NCBI GenBank assembly: GCA_028691595.1
Contig: JAQUZA010000001.1
Location: forward strand, 1-48,612
Length of the DNA: 48,612 nt
Source: Candidatus Rifleibacteriota bacterium
GTDB taxonomy: Bacteria > Muiribacteriota > Ozemobacteria > Ozemobacterales > Ozemobacteraceae
Direction: 5' to 3'
Position numbers and translations under genes: made by a program. Position 1 is the stretch's first letter; each line of letters opens with the position of its first letter. A model generated the notes under the pieces. The model made no database searches and was not told the DNA's origin. It saw only the letters and a program-made list of their open reading frames with translations. This document shows positions 7,227 through 16,814 of this stretch, piece after piece.

Positions 7227-9674
7227 ATGAACCTTACTGACAGAATTCAGAAAAAACACCTGTTTCATCGTTTTCTTGGGTTGTTGCTGATCTTTGTAAT
7301 GCTTGGGGTCAGCCCGGGCATATTTGAGGCGATTTCACCTCTTCAGGCCGCAACCAGTACGCCGTTTACCGAGGCAAAGGTTGAGATAGATAAAGATAAC
7401 CCGATGGCAGTTACTGCTGCTCCCGGGCAATCGGCCTCTGCTACTGCCACTATTGCTTCTGATGTAGACGATGCTGTTAAAAAGAAAGAGATGAGCAAGG
7501 CTGAAGAAATCGCCTGGTCGATCGGCAAAGCTTTGTTGCCGACCCTTGCGGTTATGGCGTTTTCGGCAGCAGTGGTCTGCCCGCTCGCCTGGGTTGTAAT
7601 TGGTGCCGTTGCTGTTGGTGCAACCGCTGCCGGCGCAATGACTCTGGCCTATGAGCTTCGCAAAAATTCTTTCCGTGGCCAGGACGAGAAGAAGGGCATG
7701 GACAAGATTCTGCGCGAGGTCAGCATTCAGGCGGCGATCAGCGGAGCTCTTGCCCCTTTTAATATGCTTACGGGTGGTCTGGTTCAATCTGTAGGGCCTC
7801 TTACCGTTAAGACCATTGTTTCTACGGCCGCAAAGGCTGGTGCTATCAGCTTTCTTGGCAGCACTGTGTCGAATGTCGCCAAGGGAACAGTAACCAACCT
7901 CTGGTACGATCATTATTACAATTACGATGAGCGCGAAAAAGAGTTGAAGGCGAAAATTCAGACCCTTTCAGCAATTGAGAATCCAACCGTTGAGCAACAG
8001 AATGAGCTGGTCGCTGCAATCAAAGAGCTTGATACCATTACAAAAGAAAAATATACCTTTGATAACTTCAGAAAAGACGAAAACAAGGCGCTTGTTTCTG
8101 CCGGTATTTCAGGCGTTCTTGGCGGCATCGCCGGTCGCCTCGGTGCCGAAAGCAGTTGGGCCAAGATAGCTTCCAGCAAGTTGTTCGGCAGCACTTCAAA
8201 GTCTAATCTTATTTCTAATGCCGTAATAAGTAACCCCTTCGCTTTTGCAACCGGTGCTGCCAGCGCTGCTGTTGATAAAAGAGAAATTTTGAACCAGATA
8301 GAATACAACCGTCAGCTGCAGGCTAAATATGAAAAAAATTCCGCAGCCTGGAACTATTATGAGGGCAAGATAGCTGACCTTGAAAATTCATATAAGAGCA
8401 TCAAGCTTTCAGAAGCCGGAAAATCAGCCATGCTCTCTAACGCAGCGATGCAGACGGCAGTAGTGGGAACTTCCCTTGCCAAAACAAGACTCTGGGATCT
8501 CCCGTCCCAGAAACGCCAGAAGATCCAGCAGGCCTACGAAGAACAGGACCCTGACTGGCAAAAGGCCAATGAAGTTCGCCAGAAACTCGAAATCCGCAAG
8601 TCTGACCGCCCACAGCCAACTGATTACGCCACCAGAAAAGAATATTCACAGGCTCTGAAACAGTATGCCAGAGAGGTTAACAACCTCCGCACAGAATATC
8701 AGGCGGCAAAAGCTGTTGCAAGCGATGCTCAGAGCTCCTCAGGTAACAAGCTGTTATTAAAAGACATAGAAAACAAAGTGTCTCAGGAAATTGAATATTC
8801 ACGGCAGTCAGAGCTGGCCCGGGCTCTTGGCCGCGAAAGCTATGTCGACTTCAAGATGAAAGAACTTGGTAAAAAGGCAGAAAATGAAGGCCTCTCTACC
8901 CAGGAACTTCGCCAGAAGGCAGAAACTGAAGTAGCCAAAGGTTATGATGATGCTGCCAAAGCTAATGCCCTCAAGCTGGCCAGCATGGAAGAAAAAGCTC
9001 GACGGCAGACCCAGGAACTCCTCGGCAAGGTCGAAAAAGGTAATGACGGCAAACATTATGTTGTGGTTGTCGATGAAAACGGCAATGAAGTCATGCGCAC
9101 CGAATACAAAGGTGGCGAGGGAGCCTTCTGGACTGATCGCCTAAAAGGAGGCAGCCCGGCTGAGCTTAAGCAGGCCGAAATCGACAATGTTGTCAGACGT
9201 GCTTATAATGCTTCAGCAATGGTAAAGCCGACCTCATTCAGAAATGAATATGTCAACATGCGCGTCAACCAGCTCCGGTCTGAAGGATACACTGAAAAGC
9301 AGATTGACAGCCAGCTTGGCGGAATCATAGATGATGCCAACAGTAAGACTCTCAACACATTTGGCGGCTGGAACGGGGTGACCAAAGCCGAGATTCTCGC
9401 TTCCGGTCTTGAAAAGGCCAGATATGACGATGGCGCAGCACCCGATGCCAACAAAATTGTCGATTTTCTTAAAAAGACGTTAACCAGCAAGACGATTTCG
9501 ACCGTTGAGAGTGAGCTCTCAGGAGGCATACAAAATGGTCTCCAGGTGGTTGCTCCTAAAACTGGCATAACCAGAATTGATCCATTTAGAGTTCTTGATT
9601 TAGAAGAACGCGATCAGGAGACTCTGGATCGCCTTACTGAGAAAGCAATGCGCGATTATTACAATACGCGCTGA
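7227..9674 (+). CDS. Large orphan membrane-associated protein (signal peptide, Gly/Ala-rich hydrophobic segments, long charged helical region)
   Basis: ATG at 7227 is preceded by AGGGAG; the track ORF begins at TTG 7197. Signal-like LGLLLIFVMLGVSPGIFEAISPLQA-AT. Hydrophobic hairpin ALLPTLAVMAFSAAVVCPLAWVVIGAVAVGATAAGAMTLAY. Several G/A/S-rich amphipathic segments. About 270 aa are rich in K/E/Q. No family recognised. Confidence 0.7.
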   Translation: MNLTDRIQKKHLFHRFLGLLLIFVMLGVSPGIFEAISPLQAATSTPFTEAKVEIDKDNPMAVTAAPGQSASATATIASDVDDAVKKKEMSKAEEIAWSIGKALLPTLAVMAFSAAVVCPLAWVVIGAVAVGATAAGAMTLAYELRKNSFRGQDEKKGMDKILREVSIQAAISGALAPFNMLTGGLVQSVGPLTVKTIVSTAAKAGAISFLGSTVSNVAKGTVTNLWYDHYYNYDEREKELKAKIQTLSAIENPTVEQQNELVAAIKELDTITKEKYTFDNFRKDENKALVSAGISGVLGGIAGRLGAESSWAKIASSKLFGSTSKSNLISNAVISNPFAFATGAASAAVDKREILNQIEYNRQLQAKYEKNSAAWNYYEGKIADLENSYKSIKLSEAGKSAMLSNAAMQTAVVGTSLAKTRLWDLPSQKRQKIQQAYEEQDPDWQKANEVRQKLEIRKSDRPQPTDYATRKEYSQALKQYAREVNNLRTEYQAAKAVASDAQSSSGNKLLLKDIENKVSQEIEYSRQSELARALGRESYVDFKMKELGKKAENEGLSTQELRQKAETEVAKGYDDAAKANALKLASMEEKARRQTQELLGKVEKGNDGKHYVVVVDENGNEVMRTEYKGGEGAFWTDRLKGGSPAELKQAEIDNVVRRAYNASAMVKPTSFRNEYVNMRVNQLRSEGYTEKQIDSQLGGIIDDANSKTLNTFGGWNGVTKAEILASGLEKARYDDGAAPDANKIVDFLKKTLTSKTISTVESELSGGIQNGLQVVAPKTGITRIDPFRVLDLEERDQETLDRLTEKAMRDYYNTR

Positions 9675-9692
9675 TATTGTTGTCGTTGATTA

Positions 9693-9733
9693 ATTGAGCC
9701 GGTTGCAAACTTTGCCGCCGGCTCAATTTTTTT
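9693..9733 (+). terminator. Rho-independent terminator
   Basis: ATTGAGCCGG (9693-9702) pairs with CCGGCTCAAT (9718-9727), with a 15-nt loop, followed by a run of 7 T (9727-9733). Confidence 0.7.
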
Positions 9734-9772
9734 CCGTTTGAATTTAGCGGCCGGTTATGAAAAAATGAGCGG

Positions 9773-10801
9773 GTGAAAAAAGAAATTTCCCTGTTTTCGA
9801 TTATATTTAGGCTTGGAATCTGGCTGGCCCTGGCTGCAGTTCTCTTTATAACTGCCGCTGCGATTTTTTCTGATTATCGCCGGGTTATAGCGCTGATTGG
9901 CTCTATTTCTCCAGCCTGGCTTGTCTTTGTTATCCTTTCGGTTTTGTTTAATTATGTTCTGAGATTTGCGAAATGGAATTATTTCCTGAGGATTTTGCAT
10001 ATTTCAGTTCCTCTCCGGCTCAATCTGTGGGTCTTTTTCTCGGCTTTTACTATGGTTTTGAGCCCTGCCAAGCTTGGCGAACTGGTTAAATCTCTTCTGC
10101 TCAAGGCCAGACTTGATATACCGGTGGCTGCAACCGCGCCGGTGGTTATGGCTGAGCGCCTGACGGATCTGGCCGGTCTTCTGATTCTGTGCGCTTTAGG
10201 CTTCTCTCAATTCGCTTTTGGTGGCAATACCCTGCTGATTACTTCGCTGATCATAGGTAGTGGTATTGTGATTATTACCCGGAGCGGTTTCTGGAAATTT
10301 GTCGATCGGGCGCTTGCCCTTCACACAAGCCTGAGTCGCTTTAGAAACACTGTCAGAACAATTGAATCCGGAACCAGAACTCTGTTGACCCTTAAATCTT
10401 TGCTGGTTACGGTTCCATTGAGTGCTGTTTCCTGGGCGGGGGAAGGCGTAGCCCTCTATCTTATTTTCCGAGCAATGGGCCTGGACAGCGAAAATCTGCT
10501 GGCTATAGCTGTTTTTGCACACTCGTTTGCTTCCATTGCCGGAGCTTTATCATTTTTTCCGGGTGGTTTGCTGGTAACAGAGGGCACCATGGGTATGTTT
10601 TTTGTCTATGCCTCAATTCCTGATGCAGTGGCAGTTTCGGCCACTTTTCTCATTCGGGCCCTTACCCTGTGGTTTGCGGTAATTCTAGGAACCATGGTAT
10701 TTTTTATCGGGCACCGGCGGTCGGATTTGCAGGTTTTCAGGTTGTCAGCTGCCGGTGAAAATGCAGCTGCCACGGTTTTGGCAACACCAGATAACAGCTA
10801 G
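9773..10801 (+). CDS. Flippase-like / lysyl-phosphatidylglycerol-synthase transmembrane-region family (UPF0104) membrane protein
   Basis: GTG start. About 8 TM helices. The basic loop after TM2 (RFAKWNYFLRIL) and the overall layout resemble PF03706. The assignment is from memory and has moderate certainty. Confidence 0.55.
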   Translation: MKKEISLFSIIFRLGIWLALAAVLFITAAAIFSDYRRVIALIGSISPAWLVFVILSVLFNYVLRFAKWNYFLRILHISVPLRLNLWVFFSAFTMVLSPAKLGELVKSLLLKARLDIPVAATAPVVMAERLTDLAGLLILCALGFSQFAFGGNTLLITSLIIGSGIVIITRSGFWKFVDRALALHTSLSRFRNTVRTIESGTRTLLTLKSLLVTVPLSAVSWAGEGVALYLIFRAMGLDSENLLAIAVFAHSFASIAGALSFFPGGLLVTEGTMGMFFVYASIPDAVAVSATFLIRALTLWFAVILGTMVFFIGHRRSDLQVFRLSAAGENAAATVLATPDNS

Positions 10802-10817
10802 CAGACAGGAATAACAG

Positions 10818-11621
10818 ATGGAAACCGTAGATTTGAACACAGTAAGAATTCTTGAAGATTACAAAAATGGTCTGATCGGCGCCGGTGAAGCTGCCAGGTG
10901 TCTGATGGACCGCAGCCGGAACAGCTCAGAGAGCAGCGGTGAGCCTTTGCAGGGCGAGGAAGCGCTGACCAGTGATGCTGTTCTGGATACCGGTCGGGAG
11001 GCCAGGGCGGGGTTTCCTGAAGCTATTTTCGGGGCCGGCAAAAACCCTGAACAGATTTGTGAAATTTTTATAAAGCTGTTTGAAACGACCGGAAAGGCCC
11101 TGGCAACCAGATGCAGCGAAAAAGCCCTTCAGTTACTCGAAAAGAAGTGTCCTCAGGTAAATATTAATTACAGTTGTGGGCTGGCCTGGGCTGTTTCTGA
11201 CATTGTTCTTTGTCCATGGGGCCGGGTTGCAATTCTGGCCGCCGGCACTTCAGATATTCCGGTTGCAGAAGAAGCTGCGTTGACTCTCGAATTTATGGGA
11301 TTTGCCGTTGAGCGGATTTTTGATGTGGGAGTGGCCGGTCTGCATAGGCTTTTGAACCGGGTTGAACAATTCAGGTCTGCCGATGCAATAATTGTGGTGG
11401 CCGGTATGGAAGGGGCGCTTCCGAGCGTCGTAGGTGGCCTGACTCCCTGCCCGGTAATTGCAGTTCCAACTTCAGTCGGTTATGGGGCAAGTTTTAACGG
11501 GCTTGCTGCGTTGCTCGGCATGCTTAATTCATGTTCTGCAGGAGTGACGGTGGTAAATATTGACAATGGTTTCGGTGCTGCAGCTGCAGCCGTTAGAATT
11601 TTGAAGGGAAAATCCAGATGA
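10818..11621 (+). CDS. larB: Nickel-pincer cofactor biosynthesis protein LarB (PurE-like)
   Basis: DTGREARAGFPEAIFGAGK, AAGTSDIPVAEEA, FDVGVAGLHRL, VVAGMEGALPSVVGGL, PVIAVPTSVGYGASFNGLAALLGMLNSCSAGVTVVNIDNGFGAA are hallmark LarB/AIR-carboxylase-like blocks. Confidence 0.85.
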   Translation: METVDLNTVRILEDYKNGLIGAGEAARCLMDRSRNSSESSGEPLQGEEALTSDAVLDTGREARAGFPEAIFGAGKNPEQICEIFIKLFETTGKALATRCSEKALQLLEKKCPQVNINYSCGLAWAVSDIVLCPWGRVAILAAGTSDIPVAEEAALTLEFMGFAVERIFDVGVAGLHRLLNRVEQFRSADAIIVVAGMEGALPSVVGGLTPCPVIAVPTSVGYGASFNGLAALLGMLNSCSAGVTVVNIDNGFGAAAAAVRILKGKSR

Positions 11622-13057
11622 AAACATTATACTGGGACTGCTTCAGTGGCATTGCGGGCAACATGGTGGTTGCATCTCTTCTCGACCTGGGTGCCAGCCG
11701 TCGCAAGCTGATCGATGGTCTTAAATCGCTTGATTTTGCCGAAGGCGAGATCGATCTGGTAATAGAAGAGCGCCTTGTTGACGGTATCAGAGGGATATAT
11801 TTTAATACCGTCGATGATGAAACTCTGCATGCCGGGCATGAGCCGCAATCTGAAATCGGGCACCCCCACGTAATGGGTGAACCGCACGATCATGCTGAGC
11901 GTCACGGCAGGCATTATGCTGGTCATGACGAATTTGAGCACAGTCATTGCCACAATGGCAGCGCGAAAAAGGCCGACAAGGCTGAAAATCACGACCACGA
12001 TCACGACCACGATCACGACCACGATCACGACCACGATCACGATCAAGACCACGGTCACCATCACGATCACGATCACGATCACGATCACGACCACGATCAC
12101 GGCCATGCTCCGCATCGTGGGCTTAAAGATATCTGCGCGATGATTGAAAAATCAGCCATTTCACAAAGGGCAAAGCGTATTGCGATTGATTGTTTTGCAG
12201 CTCTTGCTGAAGCAGAGGCCAGTATTCATGGCAAGACCGTTGACGAGGTTCATTTTCATGAAGTTGGTGCCCGCGACAGCATCGCTGACATTGTCGGAGC
12301 AGCGATCTGTCTTGACGATCTCGAAGTTAATGAAGTGCTTGTATCGACGGTTCATCTGGGTTCCGGTCTGGTTAAGTGTGCACATGGTATTATGCCGGTT
12401 CCGGCTCCGGCAACTGCTCTGTTACTGCGTGGTTACCAGGTAATTTTTGACGAGGATGTTAAATTTGAGCTTACTACGCCGACCGGTGCGGCAATTCTCA
12501 GGGGCACCGGTGCCAGACATTCCGATGGTAGACTTTTGCTGGGCAAAGTCGGTCATGGTCATGGCAGCCACCGTATTGGCCGGGCAAATTTTCTCAGGGC
12601 CTTTCTGGTTGAGCCTGAAACATTAAAAAAAAAAGCTGATCAGGTGACAATGTTGACCACTAACATCGACAATGCCACTGGCGAAGAACTGGGGCATGCC
12701 ATGTCTGAATTGATGCGGGCCGGAGCCCTCGACGTATGCATATTGCCGGTTCAGATGAAAAAGGGTCGGCCGGGGCACCAGTTGCAGGTGATGACATCTC
12801 CTGACAAGGCTTGTGAAATCGAGTTGCTGATCTTTGACCTGCTGCCAACTATCGGTATTCGCCATGCCCGGGTCGAGCGGACGGTTCTTGAACGGCACAA
12901 AACGGTTGTCGACAGCCATTTTGGCCAGCTGGCTGCAAAACAGATAATTGGTAACGATGGTGTGGAGCGTAATGAGCCGGAGTTTGACGAGCTGGTCAGG
13001 ATCGCGGAAGAACAAAAGACGACACCACGAAAAATCAAACAGAGAATTGTTGTTTAG
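11618..13057 (+). CDS. larC: Nickel insertion protein LarC (DUF111 family) with a long His/Asp-rich insert
   Basis: ATGA overlap with larB. N-terminus LYWDCFSGIAGNMVVASLLDLGA. Also FHEVGARDSIADIVGAA, ELTTPTGAAIL and VQMKKGRPG, which are the conserved LarC/DUF111 blocks. Confidence 0.85.
   Translation: MKTLYWDCFSGIAGNMVVASLLDLGASRRKLIDGLKSLDFAEGEIDLVIEERLVDGIRGIYFNTVDDETLHAGHEPQSEIGHPHVMGEPHDHAERHGRHYAGHDEFEHSHCHNGSAKKADKAENHDHDHDHDHDHDHDHDHDQDHGHHHDHDHDHDHDHDHGHAPHRGLKDICAMIEKSAISQRAKRIAIDCFAALAEAEASIHGKTVDEVHFHEVGARDSIADIVGAAICLDDLEVNEVLVSTVHLGSGLVKCAHGIMPVPAPATALLLRGYQVIFDEDVKFELTTPTGAAILRGTGARHSDGRLLLGKVGHGHGSHRIGRANFLRAFLVEPETLKKKADQVTMLTTNIDNATGEELGHAMSELMRAGALDVCILPVQMKKGRPGHQLQVMTSPDKACEIELLIFDLLPTIGIRHARVERTVLERHKTVVDSHFGQLAAKQIIGNDGVERNEPEFDELVRIAEEQKTTPRKIKQRIVV
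11990..12106 (+). repeat. In-frame tandem CAC-GAC/CAC-GAT (His-Asp) repeat tract inside larC
   Basis: cacgaccacgat units are repeated with minor variants over about 117 nt. They encode HDHDHDHDHDHDHDHDHDQDHGHHHDHDHDHDHDHDHGH. Confidence 0.9.
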
Positions 13058-13096
13058 TGCACACTGTGCTATTATTTCCGGGAAATCTATACACAC

Positions 13097-14470
13097 ATGA
13101 GGCAGACAATGAACGTTGCGGGAAAGGCCATAAGTATTATCGGCGCGGCCAAAAGTGGTCTGGCAGCCGCCAGAAGTCTTGTTGAAAGTGGTGCACGCGT
13201 TTTTGTTTCCGATATTCAGGCCGAAGAGAAACTCAGGCAAAGTCTCGCCCGCGAGGGGCTTGATGGCAAAATTGAATTCGAAGCCGGAGGGCATACGGAG
13301 CGTGTGCTTGCAGCCGATTTTATCGTTTTGAGTCCCGGGGTAAGAACCGATATACCGGTGCTTGTAGAGGCGGCCAGCAGAAATATTCCGGTTTATTCCG
13401 AGATCGAGGTTGCTTATCGTCTGTCTAAGGGCCGCCGCCTGGTGATAACCGGCAGCAATGGCAAGACGACGACCACGACTCTATTGTCGCTTTTCTGCCG
13501 TCAGCAGTTTTCAGAAGTTTTTCTCGGTGGTAACATCGGGATTCCAATGATGGAATTTGCCTCAAAAACCACCGACAATTCGTTGCAGGTTCTTGAAGTA
13601 AGCAGTTTTCAGCTTGAGACGATTTCGGCTTTTACCCCGGATATTGCGGTAATTACCAATTTTTTCGAGAATCATCTCGACCGTTACGCCAGTTACCAGG
13701 CTTATATCGATGCCAAAAAACGTATTGCCCTTAATATGAAAACCGGGCAGTGCCTGGTGCTCAACGCAGATCAGCAGAGTATGCGGGAAATGGCGGGGCA
13801 GGTTGCCTGTCGAACTGCCTGGTTTGGCTGGAACTGTGAGGGGCTGGTTCCAAGTGTTACCATCGATGATGAGCATCTTGTATTTACTGACGAATCCGGG
13901 TGCCGGCAGAAAATTTTTCCGGTTTCTTCAGTCAGACTGATTGGCAGACATAATCTCGAGAATGTCATGTGTGCGGCCCTTACCGCCATTCTTGCCGGAG
14001 TTGAAGCCGGCAGACTTGAAGATGTGGTTAAAGAGTTTCCTGGCGTTGAGCACCGCCTTGAATGGGTTGCACAAGTCAGCGGCGTAACTTTTATCAACGA
14101 TTCAAAAGGCACGAATTGTGCAGCGTCGATTACAGCCCTCAGAGCCTGCCGACCGCCGATGATTCTGATTGCCGGTGGTCGTGACAAGGGCACAGACCTT
14201 TCTGAGTGGGTCGACGCGATTCGCACTCACAGTCGTGGCGTTGTTCTTTATGGTGAAGCAAAGGCCAGGTTCCGTTCCGCTCTTGAAGGTCTGGTTCCGC
14301 TTAAATCTGCCACCTCTTTTGAGCAGGCCGTCGAAATTGCCTATGAGTGGGCACAAAGTGGCGATACTGTTCTACTTTCGCCCGCCTGCAGCAGTTATGA
14401 CCTTTTCCCCAATTTTGAAGTCAGGGGCGAAAGATTCAAGGAACTGGTAAGAGCGCTGAAAGAAAAATGA
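13097..14470 (+). CDS. murD: UDP-N-acetylmuramoylalanine--D-glutamate ligase
   Basis: N-terminal IIGAAKSGLAAARSL Rossmann fold, P-loop ITGSNGKTTTTTL, and FINDSKGTN and LSPACSSYDLF blocks. Sits next to ftsW and murG. Confidence 0.9.
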   Translation: MRQTMNVAGKAISIIGAAKSGLAAARSLVESGARVFVSDIQAEEKLRQSLAREGLDGKIEFEAGGHTERVLAADFIVLSPGVRTDIPVLVEAASRNIPVYSEIEVAYRLSKGRRLVITGSNGKTTTTTLLSLFCRQQFSEVFLGGNIGIPMMEFASKTTDNSLQVLEVSSFQLETISAFTPDIAVITNFFENHLDRYASYQAYIDAKKRIALNMKTGQCLVLNADQQSMREMAGQVACRTAWFGWNCEGLVPSVTIDDEHLVFTDESGCRQKIFPVSSVRLIGRHNLENVMCAALTAILAGVEAGRLEDVVKEFPGVEHRLEWVAQVSGVTFINDSKGTNCAASITALRACRPPMILIAGGRDKGTDLSEWVDAIRTHSRGVVLYGEAKARFRSALEGLVPLKSATSFEQAVEIAYEWAQSGDTVLLSPACSSYDLFPNFEVRGERFKELVRALKEK

Positions 14471-15645
14471 ACACTCCCAGACATTTTGACCATCTGCTGC
14501 TGTTTTTCGTGGTTGGATTGATGTTGATCGGTCTTATCATGGTTTATTCTGCCAGTTCTGTGACTTCTCTGGCCACGATGTCGGATGGTTTTTACTATTT
14601 CAAACGCCAGCTTATGTGGGTTATTGTTGGGCTTCTGGCCATGGTCGGAGTTTCACATGTGCCCTATCAGAAGCTAGAAAAGTTTGCTGTGCCTTTGCTT
14701 GGTCTGGCGATTTTTTTGTTGATTCTTGTTCTGGTTCCGGGCGTGGCTCGCGACATTGGTGGTGCAAAGCGCTGGATCAGATTTGGCGGTGTGGGTTTTC
14801 AGCCTTCAGAATTTGCCAAACTCTGTTTTGTGATTTACATGGCCCATTCTATTTCGTTGCGCCAGGATCGAATCAAGAGCTTTATGCACGGTATGTTGCC
14901 AGACATGATTGTCTCAGGCATTCTGTTTATTCTGATTTATAAAGAGCCTAACCTCTCTACCGCAGCATTGATAGGTGGAACATATCTCACGTTATATTTT
15001 CTCGGCAACGGCTCACTGGCGAACCTAGGTGCTCTGGCTGCGGGTGGGGTGGTGTTGATTGTGGCGCTGATTTTTCAGGCCGGCTACCGAATGCGGCGCT
15101 TCTGGGCATTTATAGACCCATGGGAAAACGCTCGCACCAGTGGCTATCATATTATTCAATCGCTGGTTGCCATAGGGTCGGGCGGGTTCTGGGGTCTTGG
15201 GCTTGGGCAAAGCCGACAGAAATTTTTCATCCTTCCAGAGCGCCATACAGATTTTATTTTTGCCATAATCTGCGAAGAACTTGGCCTGGTTGGCGGAGTT
15301 CTCGTGTTATTTATGTTTCTGGCACTGCTGTGGCGTGGTCTTTATATTGCCACCCGCGCTCCAGATAACTTTGGTTTTCTGCTGGCTTCTGGAATTACAG
15401 CCATTATCGGTCTGCAGGTTCTCGTTAATATTGGCGTTGTTTTGAGTCTGATGCCGACGACTGGTATTACACTGCCCTTTGTCAGTTATGGCGGTTCGAG
15501 TCTGGTTTTTCTGGCCATAGGTATTGGTATTCTTCTTAATATTTCCAGATATGGCTCGGGCCGAAATGCGTTTGAAGACCATAAGACTCCCCTGTTTTCA
15601 GGGCAGTTCACCGAACCTTCGGTGTCCATTTCGCGGAGAAGGTAA
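14467..15645 (+). CDS. ftsW: Peptidoglycan glycosyltransferase FtsW (SEDS family)
   Basis: ATGA overlap with murD. 10-TM SEDS layout with QPSEFAKL, SGYHIIQSLVAIGSGGFWGLGLGQS, PERHTDFIF and LPFVSYGGSS. Confidence 0.85.
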   Translation: MNTPRHFDHLLLFFVVGLMLIGLIMVYSASSVTSLATMSDGFYYFKRQLMWVIVGLLAMVGVSHVPYQKLEKFAVPLLGLAIFLLILVLVPGVARDIGGAKRWIRFGGVGFQPSEFAKLCFVIYMAHSISLRQDRIKSFMHGMLPDMIVSGILFILIYKEPNLSTAALIGGTYLTLYFLGNGSLANLGALAAGGVVLIVALIFQAGYRMRRFWAFIDPWENARTSGYHIIQSLVAIGSGGFWGLGLGQSRQKFFILPERHTDFIFAIICEELGLVGGVLVLFMFLALLWRGLYIATRAPDNFGFLLASGITAIIGLQVLVNIGVVLSLMPTTGITLPFVSYGGSSLVFLAIGIGILLNISRYGSGRNAFEDHKTPLFSGQFTEPSVSISRRR

Positions 15646-15647
15646 CA

Positions 15648-16751
15648 ATGAAAATTATTTTCAGCGGCGGCGGCACGGGTGGGCACATTTATCCGGCTCT
15701 TGCTATCAGAGAGATTCTTGCCCGGCACCTTTCTTTTGACAGCGGTTACGTTGGGGTAACCGGTGGCATGGAAGACAAAATCGTCAGCCGGGAGCAAAAC
15801 ATTCGATTTATGGGAGTCAGGGCTCAGGGGATGCCACGAACCCTTAGTTCTGACTGGCTGACTTTTCCATTTCGCAATCTTGCAGGGATCTACGATGCCT
15901 GGAGGCATTTGCGTAATTTTAGACCAGATCTTGTGGTTGCTACGGGCGGTTTTGTGGCGTTTCCGGTGCTTGCGGCTGCAAGAATGCAGGGCATTCGGGC
16001 TGTCATTCATGAACAGAACGCTGCGATGGGGGTTACCAATCGTCTTTTTGCCTCATCGGCTGCCAGAGTGCTTTTGACTTACGCTTCTGCAGCTGTTGAA
16101 GATGGCCGGCGCGTGGTTTTAACCGGAAATCCCGTGCGCTCCGCCTTTCTTTCTTCGGCTGTAGCTGAAGGTCGCTTCAAGCGAAAAGAGAATGAGTTTG
16201 TTGTGCTCGCTGTCGGAGGGTCACGGGGTGCACTTTCATTGAACCGGGCCTGTATAGATCTAGTGCAAAACTGGTTACCCGCAAATCCTGGGGTCAGGCT
16301 CATTCATATCAGTGGCGAGAGAGATTACGAGATGGTCAAGTCTGCCATAACGAACGCCCCCGAAAATTACACCCTGCTGCCCTATCTGCATGAGATGCGT
16401 GAAGCGTTTGATGTTGCCGATCTGCTGGTTTCGAGAGCCGGGGCAACCATTCTGTCAGAGATTGCCGTTTGTCGAAAACCGGCATTGCTGGTGCCGTTTC
16501 CCTTTGCCACAGATAATCACCAGGAAAAGAATGCCCGGGCTCTAGAAAAGCTTGGAGCGGCAAAATTACTGCTCGATCGTGATCTAAACGGCCAGACTCT
16601 TGCTGAAGCTTTGACGAGGCTGAATGACGTGGGCACTCTGAAGCAGATGGCCGAAGCTATGGCCGGCAGCCGACCAGCAGACGTTGAACAACGTATTTTT
16701 ACTCAGATCAGTCAAGTTCTGGGTCTTGAAAGCATTTCAACGAAACTTTGA
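15648..16751 (+). CDS. murG: UDP-GlcNAc--Mur-pentapeptide-undecaprenol GlcNAc transferase
   Basis: FSGGGTGGHIYPALAI, ATGGFVAFPVL, VSRAGATILSEI and DNHQEKNARAL are classical MurG motifs. Confidence 0.9.
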   Translation: MKIIFSGGGTGGHIYPALAIREILARHLSFDSGYVGVTGGMEDKIVSREQNIRFMGVRAQGMPRTLSSDWLTFPFRNLAGIYDAWRHLRNFRPDLVVATGGFVAFPVLAAARMQGIRAVIHEQNAAMGVTNRLFASSAARVLLTYASAAVEDGRRVVLTGNPVRSAFLSSAVAEGRFKRKENEFVVLAVGGSRGALSLNRACIDLVQNWLPANPGVRLIHISGERDYEMVKSAITNAPENYTLLPYLHEMREAFDVADLLVSRAGATILSEIAVCRKPALLVPFPFATDNHQEKNARALEKLGAAKLLLDRDLNGQTLAEALTRLNDVGTLKQMAEAMAGSRPADVEQRIFTQISQVLGLESISTKL

Positions 16752-16814
16752 ATTAAGCTTGTACTAAAAAAATGCCGGTGGTAGAATACCGAATCCTTTT
16801 TTGAGGTTGGAATT

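Noticed and set aside
11627-12143. ORFs 11627-12115 (-) and 11877-12143 (+) with VIV... and TTIT... runs
   Set aside because: They are frame and strand artefacts of the His-Asp codon repeat in larC.
12623-13294. 223-aa - strand ORF spanning the larC/murD junction
   Set aside because: It crosses an intergenic gap antisense to two motif-rich genes. No start context.
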